This document shows positions 19,561-29,491 of a stretch of 64,000 nt of DNA, in pieces. Position 1 is the stretch's first letter; the number at the start of each line of letters is the position of its first letter. Below the pieces are notes generated by a model. It was not told where the DNA came from, ran no database searches, and saw only the letters and a list, made by a program, of their open reading frames with translations. Made by a program: the position numbers and the translations under genes. This DNA is from a bacterium (GTDB taxonomy: Bacteria > UBA8248), in contig CBDATS010000005.1 of NCBI GenBank assembly GCA_965200245.1, positions 512,001-576,000 on the forward strand, written 5' to 3'.

Positions 19561-19817
19561 TGAGCGAACGATTCATGTCTCCACACCTGCGTCATTCGCC
19601 AGTTCAAATCCTTGCGTCTGCTCGTTCACAACATCCCATGTGTGCGATTCGATATCCGTTGACTTCCGGCAGCAAATCCATCATTTTCGTCCTGACCATC
19701 TTATGCAATCAGCGTCATTATCCAGAGTTGTGGCGCTGGGGAATTCCCCGAAAGCGGGGCCCCTCCAATTCAGCGCCGGCAGCAAATCCGGTGCGCATTC
19801 GACATGCAGGAGCAGAC

Positions 19818-20909
19818 TTGGCCGTTCAGTTTCATTGGGCTTTGTGTTCATTCAACGCGGGAGATGGCCATCAAATCAGCCCCGCCGTGCCCGAACGTCC
19901 CGCCACACTGGATTATCTGGCGCAGGTCACGATGGCGGCCGAAGACGCCGGGTGCGTCAACATTCTGGTACCGACCGGCACGCACTGTCTCGATGCCTGG
20001 CAGACAGCCTCCGCACTGGCGACACGAACGAGGAAAATCAGGTTTCTGGTCGCCTTCCGCCCCGGTCTGGTGGGCCCGGTCTATGCCACCCAGCAGGCGA
20101 ACACGCTGGATTACTTCACAAAAGGCCGCCTGTCGCTGAACGTCGTTTCGGGAGCGAACTCCACAGACTTGAGGCGCTACGGCTACCACGCGCCTCATGA
20201 TGAAAGATACGAGGTAACCGAGGAGTTTCTGGAAGTCGTGCACCACCTCTGGCGGGAAGATGGCCCCGTGGATTACAAGGGGCGCTTTTTTCACTTGGAA
20301 GACGCCCACGTCTGGCCGAAACGTTACTCAAAACCACATCCCACCATCTTCCTGGCGGGCAGTTCTCCCGGTGGAAAGCGAGTTGCCGCGCGTTATGGAG
20401 ACGTTCACGTCTACTTCGCCTACGAGCCCGAAACCGTGGCGAAAGAAATCGAGGAAGTCAAAAGGATGGAAGACCATTTTGAGCGCGAAGCTCCCCTCGA
20501 ATTCGGTGTGCGTCACTGCGTCTGCATACGGGAGACAAAGCGGGATGCGAGACGCGCCGTGGAGGGCTGGCTGAGCGGCAGCGACATCGCCAACACCCCC
20601 ACTTGGGCAGATTCGGTTCACCTGAGTGAATCCACCAGCCAGTCACGCATCAACGAGATGGCGTCGCGGGAATCCCTTTGGCTCACCGACACCATATGGA
20701 TGGGCGTGAACAAGGTGCGCGCAGGTGGGGCCACCACGTTCGTGGGTACGCCGGAGATGGTGGCGAACCAGTTCCGCCAGTACATCGATGCCGGCGTGAC
20801 GCATTTCATCATGCACGGCTGGCCTTATCTGGAGGAGGCGGAAATTTTCGGTCGCGAGGTCTTGCCCCTGCTCGAGGATGTGGCGCCGATGATTCTGCCC
20901 GATCCCTGA
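19818..20909 (+). CDS. LLM-class flavin monooxygenase (SsuD-like)
   Basis: TTG start after AGGAG; ILVPTG..CLDAW, FLVAFRPG, GRLSLNVVSG, HDERY, AGSS and VGTPE motifs. Confidence 0.88.
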   Translation: MAVQFHWALCSFNAGDGHQISPAVPERPATLDYLAQVTMAAEDAGCVNILVPTGTHCLDAWQTASALATRTRKIRFLVAFRPGLVGPVYATQQANTLDYFTKGRLSLNVVSGANSTDLRRYGYHAPHDERYEVTEEFLEVVHHLWREDGPVDYKGRFFHLEDAHVWPKRYSKPHPTIFLAGSSPGGKRVAARYGDVHVYFAYEPETVAKEIEEVKRMEDHFEREAPLEFGVRHCVCIRETKRDARRAVEGWLSGSDIANTPTWADSVHLSESTSQSRINEMASRESLWLTDTIWMGVNKVRAGGATTFVGTPEMVANQFRQYIDAGVTHFIMHGWPYLEEAEIFGREVLPLLEDVAPMILPDP

Positions 20910-21358
20910 AAGATTACAGGAACATGAGGCGGCTTTTCCGGTGGGACTCCCTGAAGTCAGGATTGATGCGAGGTTCCCGTTTTCATCGACACCCCGTCGG
21001 CGATGATAATCCATACGAGCAGGTTGTCATGCAGGCTGTCCCGTGAACGGCATTTCGGAGCCCCCCACCGGGATCCGGCAGGATATAACGCCACTTCTAC
21101 CCGGAAGAAATCCGCTCGAAGATGTCATTCCTGTTCATTTGTGTTCATCGGTGGAATCGCTGCGCGCTGTAACGATTCGCTTGCATTTTTCAGTCCTGCA
21201 TGACACCCTTTCCGGTTCATGAATCATTGTTCCACCGATAGTCGAGACAGCGCATTCTCCGCCGCCTCATGGATTTCCGGGAGACAGGACTCTGCGAGTT
21301 ATTGGCGCAAACAAAGAAAACCGAATCCGGAATGTCACCTATTCGAGAGGAAACCGCC

Positions 21359-22516
21359 ATGAACCTGCCCTTTGATGACCAGAAACTCAGCACCTTGATG
21401 GAAGACCAGGGAGCGGATGTCGTTCTCGCCACTTCGAAGGAAAACGTTCGCTACCTGCTCGGCGGCTATCAATTCTTCTTCTTCGCCCACAAGGACGCCA
21501 TCGGCGTAAGCCGATACCAGCCGATGGTGGGTCTCCCGAAGGGCGCGCCCGACAAGGCGTTCTATATCGGTAACATCATGGAAGGCTGGCAGCAGGAAGT
21601 CGAACCCGTGTGGGTGCCCGAGAAGAAAAACAATCAGTGGCACAGCGATCAGGCCGGCAAGGACGCGGCCGAATTCATCCGCAGGCTCGGTCACGAGAAA
21701 GGCACCGTGGCGGTGGAGAAATGTTTCCTGCCGGCGGACTCTTACGAGGCGCTTCAGGAAGAATTGCCCGACGCCAGGTTCATCGACGCCGTCTACCTGC
21801 TCGAGGAACTCCGGGCCGTGAAGCAGCCCCACGAACTCACATTACTGAAAGAGGCTTCGGAAACCATTGTGGAGTGCATGCTGGACGTCATGAAGGGCAC
21901 ATCTCCGGGTACCACAATGTACGAGGTCGCAGACGAGATGAAGAAACTTGAGACCCAAAGGGGGCTCGATTTCGAGTACTGCCTTACCTGCACGGGACCA
22001 AGCTTCAACCGCGCTCCCTCGAACGCCACCTGGGATGAGGGGAACATTCTCTCGCTCGACTCGGGCGGGAACAAGCAGGGATACCTGGGCGATCTTTGCC
22101 GCATGGCCGTCATGGGCGAACCTACGCCGCTCATGGAGGATCTGCTCGGCGAGATACAGGCCGTGCAGGCGGCCGCGCGCGCGGTCGTGCGTCCGGGAGT
22201 CACGGGACAGGAAATCTATGAGGCTGCCCTGAAGGAGCAGGCCAGATGCGAACATGACGATCAGATGGTCTTTCTGGCGCACGGCATGGGCATCATCCAG
22301 CATGAAGCGCCGCACCTCACCTCCTCGGGTGTCGTGCCCTACCCCGCCACCTATGAGACCAGGGGTCTCGAACCCGGAATGGTGGTTTCCATTGAAACCG
22401 ACATGAAAAACCCCGAAGTCGGTTTCGTGAAACTCGAGGACACAGTGGTCGTTACCGAAGACGGCTTTGAAGCCTACGGCGACAGTGGACGAGGCTGGAA
22501 CATCGGCAGCGCGTAG
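21359..22516 (+). CDS. M24 (Xaa-Pro peptidase/creatinase-like) family hydrolase
   Basis: LDSG...YLGDLCR, HGMG...HEAP, SIE and KLEDTVVV metal ligands. Confidence 0.88.
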   Translation: MNLPFDDQKLSTLMEDQGADVVLATSKENVRYLLGGYQFFFFAHKDAIGVSRYQPMVGLPKGAPDKAFYIGNIMEGWQQEVEPVWVPEKKNNQWHSDQAGKDAAEFIRRLGHEKGTVAVEKCFLPADSYEALQEELPDARFIDAVYLLEELRAVKQPHELTLLKEASETIVECMLDVMKGTSPGTTMYEVADEMKKLETQRGLDFEYCLTCTGPSFNRAPSNATWDEGNILSLDSGGNKQGYLGDLCRMAVMGEPTPLMEDLLGEIQAVQAAARAVVRPGVTGQEIYEAALKEQARCEHDDQMVFLAHGMGIIQHEAPHLTSSGVVPYPATYETRGLEPGMVVSIETDMKNPEVGFVKLEDTVVVTEDGFEAYGDSGRGWNIGSA

Positions 22517-22548
22517 GTCCCATTTCGCAAACGGCAAGGAACCGGCAG

Positions 22549-23724
22549 GTGGATTTTCGAATCAACCCTGAAAATGAAGATTTGCTCGACCGCGCGAAAA
22601 TCTACGCGAAGGAAATCCTGGCCCCGAGAGCCGGGCAAGTAGACGAGGAGGGAATTTTCCCCCGCGAGAATTTCAACGATCTGGCAAGGGAAGGTTTCAC
22701 CTCGCTTACGATCCCGAAAGAACTCGGCGGCAGGGACCTTTATGAAGACACGGCCACCTATTCGATGATCCTCTACGAACTCTCCAAGGGCTGCACGAAC
22801 ACGGCTATGCTCTTCCACATGCACAGTTCCATATCGCATGTCATCACGTACCTGGGAACCGGGGAGCAAAAGCGCAGGTACGGCGAAATCATACGAAGCG
22901 GAAAAATCATCGCGAGTTACGCGAGCGAGAACACCTCGAGCCTCCACGGCGTCTGGCGCATGGAAACGAAGGCGATCCGGGACGGCGACGTCTACAGGAT
23001 CAACGGCAGGAAATATTTCTGTTCCATGGCCGGCGAGGCGGATTACTGCGTACTCTGGGTACAACTTGAGGAGGAGGAAGACCTCACGAAAAGCCTGGGC
23101 CTTCTCATCGCGCCCTCGGACAACCCCGGCTTCAGGATTGACCAGTTGTGGAATTCCTTCGCCATGCGCGGAACGGTGAGCCACTCGATGATATATGACG
23201 ACGTGAAGATACCGGTGGAGGATCTCGTGGGCCGGGGCGGAGACCCGATACGCCCAGATGTGCTGCCCAAGTTCGGTTTCGGCTATTCCGCTGTCTACCT
23301 CGGAGCCGGTGGGGGTGCCTTTGACTGGGTCGTCAACTACGCGCAAAACCGGAAGCTTATGCCCGACAACGTGCCCATTGCCTCATATCCCGCCATACAG
23401 CGCCAGATCGGGGAGATGAAAATTTCGCTTGAGGGCGCGATCCTCATGCTCCAGAGAGCCGGCTGGATGATCAACGCCTACGGTGCGGACAAGGCCTACA
23501 GTGCCATCAACGAGGCGAAATACGTTTGTGCGGAAGCTGCTGCCTTCATCACGGAAAAAGCGCTCAAGGTGGCCGGCGGACCGGGGCTTTTCCGGCATAA
23601 TCCGCTCCAGCGTTTTCACCGCGAGGCGAGAGCGGGCCTCATCATGCCACCCAACACGGAAAAGTGCCTGGAACTCACGGCCAAAACCGTGCTGGAGGGC
23701 AGCGCAAACGTCCTGGGATCATGA
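22549..23724 (+). CDS. Acyl-CoA dehydrogenase-fold flavoprotein (paralogue 1)
   Basis: IPKELGG, INGRKYFCS, MRGTVSH, AVYLG and PLQRFHREAR motifs. Confidence 0.9.
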   Translation: MDFRINPENEDLLDRAKIYAKEILAPRAGQVDEEGIFPRENFNDLAREGFTSLTIPKELGGRDLYEDTATYSMILYELSKGCTNTAMLFHMHSSISHVITYLGTGEQKRRYGEIIRSGKIIASYASENTSSLHGVWRMETKAIRDGDVYRINGRKYFCSMAGEADYCVLWVQLEEEEDLTKSLGLLIAPSDNPGFRIDQLWNSFAMRGTVSHSMIYDDVKIPVEDLVGRGGDPIRPDVLPKFGFGYSAVYLGAGGGAFDWVVNYAQNRKLMPDNVPIASYPAIQRQIGEMKISLEGAILMLQRAGWMINAYGADKAYSAINEAKYVCAEAAAFITEKALKVAGGPGLFRHNPLQRFHREARAGLIMPPNTEKCLELTAKTVLEGSANVLGS

Positions 23725-23743
23725 TAGTGGAGGAACATCGCCA

Positions 23744-25315
23744 ATGAGTGAAAGCCTGAGACTTCCTCCCTATTTCCGTCCCCCGCTCGAATATCCTGGC
23801 TACGCTTTCCACGGCTTGCTCAAGACCGCGTGTGCGCGCCGCCCCGACGCCGTCGCCTTGGTCGACGGGGACATTCACATGACCTTCCGCGAGCTCGACG
23901 CACTCTCGAACGCCTGCGCCCGCGCGATGCTCGCAGAAGGTATCGAGACAGGGGACCGCATCGGCCTGTTTCTCCCCAATTCGGCTGAATTCGAAATCGC
24001 CGCTTTCGGTGCATCGAAGATTGGCGCCGTCTTCACGCCCATGAACCCCGCCTATAAAGAAGCCGAGGCCGCGTATCAGCTCAATGATTCGGGTGCCAGG
24101 ATACTGATTACCACGGCCGGAGGCGCCGCCTTGCTTCAAGGAGTGCGGCGAGACCTCAAGACGCTCGAAACCGTCGTCGTCACGGATGAGGAAGGAGACG
24201 ACACCTGTTTCGGGGAATGGGTAGGCGCGCACTCGCCGGAAAATCTGCCCGAGCCTGAAATCGACACTGCAGAGGATATAATCGCCCTGCCCTATTCGAG
24301 CGGCACGACAGGTCTGCCCAAGGGCGTTATGCTTACCCACAGGAATCTGGTGTCGAACTACCATCAGTGCGTGGCGAACCATCAAATCACGGACCGGGAC
24401 TCGGGTCTCCTGTTTTTGCCGCTTTACCACATCTACGGCGCGCTGATTATGGGTTCGCTGATTCTTGCAGGTGCCACCCATGTGCTAATGAAGCGTTTCA
24501 CCGTGCCCGATGCCCTGCGTCTCGTGGAAGAACACAGGCTCACGCTCTTCTACGGCGTGCCACCCGCGCTCCTGGCCATCGCCCACCATGAGAACCTGGG
24601 CGATTACGACCTCTCCTCCCTCAGGTACATCATGAGCGGGGCCGCACCCCTGCCGGCCGAGGTGAGGCGTGTCGTGCAGGAGAAGACAGGTGTGCTCACC
24701 TTCATGGGCTACGGTCTCACAGAAGCCTCGCCGCTCACGCACATGAACCCGCCCGTGGAGGCTCTCATTCAGGAAGAATCCGTGGGGCCTCCTGTCTCTG
24801 ATCAGCAGCAGAAAATCGTCGATGTCGAGACGGGAACAAGGGAGTTACCCGTGGGCGAGGCCGGCGAGCTGGTAATCAAGGGACCCCAGGTCATGAAAGG
24901 CTACTGGAACGCGCCTGAAGCTACGGCCGAGACCCTGCGCGACGGCTGGCTCCACACGGGCGATATCGGGCGGGTGGACGAGGAGGGCTACGTCTACCTG
25001 ATGGACAGGAAAAAGGAGATGATCAAGTACAAGGGCTTCGCCGTCGCGCCCGCCGAACTCGAAGCATGTCTGCACCAACACCCCGACGTGGCGGACGCGG
25101 CCGTCGTCCCCCGGGAAGACGCTGAGGCGGGCGAGATTCCCGTGGCCTTTGTAGTGCCCAGGGAAGGTGTCCGGATCGACAAGGATGCCCTGATGGAATT
25201 CGTGAACGGAAAAATCGCGGGCTACAAGCACATTCGCGCCATTGCCTTCATCGACGCCATCCCGAAGTCGGGCAGCGGAAAGATACTGCGCCGTTTACTG
25301 AAAGAAAAAACATAA
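23744..25315 (+). CDS. Acyl-CoA synthetase (AMP-forming, long-chain/4CL-like)
   Basis: YSSGTTGLPKG, GYGLTE, GPQVMKGY, WLHTGD, DRKKEMIK and PKSGSGK motifs. Confidence 0.95.
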   Translation: MSESLRLPPYFRPPLEYPGYAFHGLLKTACARRPDAVALVDGDIHMTFRELDALSNACARAMLAEGIETGDRIGLFLPNSAEFEIAAFGASKIGAVFTPMNPAYKEAEAAYQLNDSGARILITTAGGAALLQGVRRDLKTLETVVVTDEEGDDTCFGEWVGAHSPENLPEPEIDTAEDIIALPYSSGTTGLPKGVMLTHRNLVSNYHQCVANHQITDRDSGLLFLPLYHIYGALIMGSLILAGATHVLMKRFTVPDALRLVEEHRLTLFYGVPPALLAIAHHENLGDYDLSSLRYIMSGAAPLPAEVRRVVQEKTGVLTFMGYGLTEASPLTHMNPPVEALIQEESVGPPVSDQQQKIVDVETGTRELPVGEAGELVIKGPQVMKGYWNAPEATAETLRDGWLHTGDIGRVDEEGYVYLMDRKKEMIKYKGFAVAPAELEACLHQHPDVADAAVVPREDAEAGEIPVAFVVPREGVRIDKDALMEFVNGKIAGYKHIRAIAFIDAIPKSGSGKILRRLLKEKT

Positions 25316-25352
25316 AATCCGTTTTCATTTTCGAACTTTTTGACGAGGATTC

Positions 25353-26528
25353 ATGGACCTGCGCACCAACCCGAAAAACGAGGCCCTGATCGACAGGGCC
25401 AGGGATCTCGCCCGAAACGTGCTGGCCCCCCTGGCTGACCAATACGACCGGGAACAGCGCTTTCCGAGAAAGAGTTTCGACGCCTTGATTCGCGAGGGCT
25501 TCACGCGCCTCACGTTGCCCGTTTCCTATGGCGGGCTGGCGCTGTGGAGGGACCCGGTTTGCTACACCATGGTGTTCCACGAACTGGGCAAGGGCTGCGC
25601 AAACACCGCCATGACCCTCCACATGCACTGCACAATTCTATATTTTCTGCTCACGCTCTCGGATGAGGAGCAAAAAGACCGCTTCGCCGGTGCAGCTGCA
25701 AACGGGGCCATCTTCGGCAGCCACGCAGGCGAGGCGTCCTCAAGCCCCCAGTGGAACCGAACCGTCTCCACGCGCGCGCGCAAGGAGGGCGATGAATACG
25801 TCATCAACGGCCGCAAGTATTTCTGCTCCATGGCCGGGGAGGCGGACTATTACGTGCTCTGGTGCCTGCTTGAGGGTTTCGAGAAACTGCAGACTGGCCT
25901 GCGCTGGGCGGTGGTGGACAGGAACCTCCCCGGCATCACAATCCCGGACCGCTGGGATTCTTTCGCCATGCGGGGCACGGCCAGCCACTCGCTCGACTAT
26001 GAGGACGTAAGGGTTCCCGAGCACAATTTCGTGGGCTCGGGCGAGGACATTCTCCAACCTGATTTCGTGCCCCGGTTCGGCCTGGGCTACGCCGCCGTCT
26101 ATCTGGGTTCGGGCGCCGCCGCGCTGGACTGGATCGTGGACTATTCACTCAAGCGCAAACTCCTCCCCGACAACGTGCCCATCGCGAGTTATCCGGCAAT
26201 TCAGCGCCAGATCGGGGAGATGCACATTGCACTTCAGACCGCGCTCATCATGATCCATAAAGCCGCCTGGGTGCTCGAAACCCGGGGTGCAGAACAGGCC
26301 ATTCCCTGCATCAACGAGGCGAAATACAGTGCTTCCGAAGCGGCGGCTTTCATGACGGAAAAGGCACTCAGGATCGCGGGCGGACCCGGCCTGCTGAATG
26401 ACAAGCCGCTCCAGCGGTTCCATCGCGACGCCAGGGCTGCGCTCGTGATGCCACCCAGTACGGAGAAGTGCCTGCAAATGGCGGCGAACTACGTTTTGAA
26501 TCAAAATGAGGCGAAAACCATCTTCTGA
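25353..26528 (+). CDS. Acyl-CoA dehydrogenase-fold flavoprotein (paralogue 2)
   Basis: Shares long near-identical blocks with 22549..23724. Confidence 0.9.
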   Translation: MDLRTNPKNEALIDRARDLARNVLAPLADQYDREQRFPRKSFDALIREGFTRLTLPVSYGGLALWRDPVCYTMVFHELGKGCANTAMTLHMHCTILYFLLTLSDEEQKDRFAGAAANGAIFGSHAGEASSSPQWNRTVSTRARKEGDEYVINGRKYFCSMAGEADYYVLWCLLEGFEKLQTGLRWAVVDRNLPGITIPDRWDSFAMRGTASHSLDYEDVRVPEHNFVGSGEDILQPDFVPRFGLGYAAVYLGSGAAALDWIVDYSLKRKLLPDNVPIASYPAIQRQIGEMHIALQTALIMIHKAAWVLETRGAEQAIPCINEAKYSASEAAAFMTEKALRIAGGPGLLNDKPLQRFHRDARAALVMPPSTEKCLQMAANYVLNQNEAKTIF

Positions 26529-26560
26529 CCAACCCTGAAACTTCTCGCGAGGGAGAGCTC

Positions 26561-28237
26561 ATGAAAAGCGGAAACGGCTCGGACCTGTTTCTGGAAACAC
26601 TCATCGACGAGGGTGTCGACTGTATGTTCGGCAACCCGGGCACAACCGAACTGCCTCTTATGGACGCGTTGGTGAACGAGAACAGGCTCGACTACATCCT
26701 CTGTCTTCAGGAGTCCGTCACCATCGGCGCGGCGGAGGGCTACGCCTACGCCACAGGAGGCGTGGGCGTGGTGAACCTCCACGTAGCACCCGGTCTCGGC
26801 AACGCCATGGGGATGCTCTACAACATCAAGCGGGCGGGCACCCCTCTCCTCGTCACGGCGGGCAACCAGGGCCAGCGCGGCCAACTCTCGGAACCCGTGC
26901 TATGGGACGATTTGCCGCGCATGGCGGACCCGCTTGCCAAGTGGTCCTACGAGGTGCGCCGTGTGGAGGACCTGGAGCAAAGCGTCCGCCGGGCGATCAA
27001 GCACGCGCTCTCGCCACCCACGGGTCCGGTATTCCTCTCGCTTCCGGGCGACGTTATGTTGGCGGAAACTTCAGGCCTCGCGGGTCGTCCCACACGGCTT
27101 TCGAGCACCTTTCCCGCGTCTGCAGAATCCATCGAACGGGCAGCACAGATGCTCGCAGAAGCCGGAAATCCCTATATCGTCACCGGCTCGCGTGTCACCC
27201 GCTCGGGTGCGGTGGGCGAAGTCGCCAGGCTTGCGGAACGCATCGGCGCGAAGGTGTTCTCCGACAACCGCCCGAACTCGCTTTCGTTCTCCTTGACCCA
27301 TCCGCAGTATGCGGGAGAACTCCTGAACACCATCGAGCCGCTGCTGGATCAGATTGAAGACGCGGATGTCGTGTTCTTCATTGGCACAGAGACCTACACC
27401 TTTTCCTTTCCGCCGGAAATTCCGCTGGCCCCCCGCGGTGCGCGAATCATTCATCTGGATCTGGACCCTTGGGAAATCGGCAAGAACTTCCCTGTCGATG
27501 TCGCCATGCTCGGAGACCCGAAGACGACGCTGCCCGAACTCACCGAAGCAGTGGAGAGAAAACTGGGTGAGGCGGGCATTAAAAGTGCAAACGAGCGCCG
27601 CACGTGGATCGAGAAGGAACTGGCGGCATCAAGAAACGAGATCGCCCCGGAAGCAGGGGAGGATGACGGACCCTTGACCAGGGAAACTTTCCAGGCCGCT
27701 TTCGGCGAGGCCCTGCCTCAAGGGACAGCGCTGGTCGATGAATCCCTTACCATGGGGCACGGGGGCGGTCTCAAGAGCGCGATCGCAGGGAAGGTAGATT
27801 CGATTTTCGGCATGAAGGGAGGAGGCATTGGCCTCGGCCTGCCAAGCGCCCTGGGCGTCAAGAAAGCCCTGCTCGATGTGCCCGTGGTCTGTCTCTCGGG
27901 AGACGGCTCCGCAATGTACGCCATCCAGGCACTGTGGAGTGCTGCGAAATACGATCTCGACGCCGTGTTCGTGATTTTGAACAACAAGAGCTACCGAATT
28001 CTCAAGGAAAGAGTCTTGCGGCTCGATGGCAAAACGCAGGAACACCGGAAATTCATCGCCATGGATTTCAAGGAGCCCGAACTCGACTTCATCCAGATGG
28101 CGCACTCCATGGGCGTGGATGCCACCCGGGCGAGGACGCCTGCAGAATTCAAAGAGGCGATGGGGCAAGCACTCGCAAGCGGAAAGCCGCATCTCATCGA
28201 CGCCCACATCGAATACGAACGCCTGGAGAACCAGTAA
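26561..28237 (+). CDS. ThDP-dependent decarboxylase, benzoylformate decarboxylase (MdlC)-like
   Basis: FGNPGTTELP, NLHVAPGLGN and GDGSAMYAIQALW...NN motifs. Confidence 0.9.
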   Translation: MKSGNGSDLFLETLIDEGVDCMFGNPGTTELPLMDALVNENRLDYILCLQESVTIGAAEGYAYATGGVGVVNLHVAPGLGNAMGMLYNIKRAGTPLLVTAGNQGQRGQLSEPVLWDDLPRMADPLAKWSYEVRRVEDLEQSVRRAIKHALSPPTGPVFLSLPGDVMLAETSGLAGRPTRLSSTFPASAESIERAAQMLAEAGNPYIVTGSRVTRSGAVGEVARLAERIGAKVFSDNRPNSLSFSLTHPQYAGELLNTIEPLLDQIEDADVVFFIGTETYTFSFPPEIPLAPRGARIIHLDLDPWEIGKNFPVDVAMLGDPKTTLPELTEAVERKLGEAGIKSANERRTWIEKELAASRNEIAPEAGEDDGPLTRETFQAAFGEALPQGTALVDESLTMGHGGGLKSAIAGKVDSIFGMKGGGIGLGLPSALGVKKALLDVPVVCLSGDGSAMYAIQALWSAAKYDLDAVFVILNNKSYRILKERVLRLDGKTQEHRKFIAMDFKEPELDFIQMAHSMGVDATRARTPAEFKEAMGQALASGKPHLIDAHIEYERLENQ

Positions 28238-28240
28238 GGC

Positions 28241-29491
28241 TCAGACCATGCCCAGTTTCTCGCCATAGGCTTCGAGCGCCAGTTCGAAACAGGCGAGCGG
28301 AGCGCGCACCACGCCCGCTCCCACCTGGCCGACGCCGGGTTCCTTGTGTGCGATGCCTGTGTTGATGACAGGCGTGACGCCCAGCTTTACCACCTTCATG
28401 ATGTCAATGCCCGTGGGAACACCCTGAAAATCAAGAGCGGGAATCGTCCACTCGGGGTTCCGACCCTGGGTGATCTCGTACATGGCACGCGAATATCCGA
28501 GCGCATCCGCTGCGCTGCCCGCCCCTACGAACCCGACGACGGCGGGTGCGGCGGCCATGGCGAATCCCCCCAGCCCCATCGTCTCAATGATTGTGGAATC
28601 GCCCATGTCCGGATTCGCGTCGCCCTCGCCGAAGCCAGGGAAATACAGCCCCTCGGGCATCTCCACCGGTGCCGTGAACCACGCATCCCCCGTCGCGCTG
28701 ACCCGGATGCCGAAGTCCGTTCCGTTGCGACACATCGCCGTGACGATGCTCGACGCCTCGATGCCGCACACCGGATCCATCACCGCCTTGCCGGTAGCCA
28801 TCGCGACGTTCAGGAAAAACTGGTCGTTCCCGCCGATGAAGGACAATATCTCTTCAAGTGCTTTGCCGCCTTCCGCGATACGCGCCAGCGCGGGTGCCAT
28901 CTCACGCATGAACAGGCTCGTGCAGGCCACGTTGCGCTGGTGCATCTCATCTCCCATCGAAAGGCCCCGCGCGACGATGTTCTTGAGCGGCAGGCCTCCC
29001 ATGGACTGCAGTGCGCCGGAAAGCACGGGAGCCAGGAACTCCGCGAGCCATCGCAGCCGGTTCAGCACCTCCTCGTCGTTTCCCCCGAAGCGCATTACCT
29101 TCCCAAGGCCTTCGTTCAAGGTACAGTACGCCCGGTTCCCGAATTTTCCGTTCTCCACGATCATCACTGGCATCGAGCGCGTGGTGATACCCGTCATGGG
29201 ACCTACGGCTTCGAAGTGATGATTCGGATGAAAAGCGAGCCCGCCCGAGGCGGCGAGCGCTTCGCCCGACGTCAAATCTTCCGCCCAGCCTTCCAGGACC
29301 GCCGCTCCCGCTATCGCCCCGCGGAGGGGACCGCACATTCGCTCCCACTCAATCGGGGGCCCGGCGTGGAGGAGCACACCCTCCTCAAGAACCGGTATCA
29401 CATCGCCTGCCGGGCACACATCCACCAGAACGGGTTCCGCCTGAGCGATGCGGGAAAGCGCCTCCGTGTTCGCAGCCGTGATAATGCCCAT
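28241..29491 (-). CDS. DUF1116 / YlbE (AllG-like) protein
   Basis: LLHAGPP, AVGPMTG, MGDEMHQRN, RNGTDFG, DMGDS and INTGIAH motifs. Confidence 0.88.
   Translation of the reverse strand: MGIITAANTEALSRIAQAEPVLVDVCPAGDVIPVLEEGVLLHAGPPIEWERMCGPLRGAIAGAAVLEGWAEDLTSGEALAASGGLAFHPNHHFEAVGPMTGITTRSMPVMIVENGKFGNRAYCTLNEGLGKVMRFGGNDEEVLNRLRWLAEFLAPVLSGALQSMGGLPLKNIVARGLSMGDEMHQRNVACTSLFMREMAPALARIAEGGKALEEILSFIGGNDQFFLNVAMATGKAVMDPVCGIEASSIVTAMCRNGTDFGIRVSATGDAWFTAPVEMPEGLYFPGFGEGDANPDMGDSTIIETMGLGGFAMAAAPAVVGFVGAGSAADALGYSRAMYEITQGRNPEWTIPALDFQGVPTGIDIMKVVKLGVTPVINTGIAHKEPGVGQVGAGVVRAPLACFELALEAYGEKLGMV

Noticed and set aside
20910-21358. Long intergenic gap as a possible ncRNA or riboswitch
   Set aside because: No recognisable motif or convincing structure by eye; an Rfam scan would be needed.
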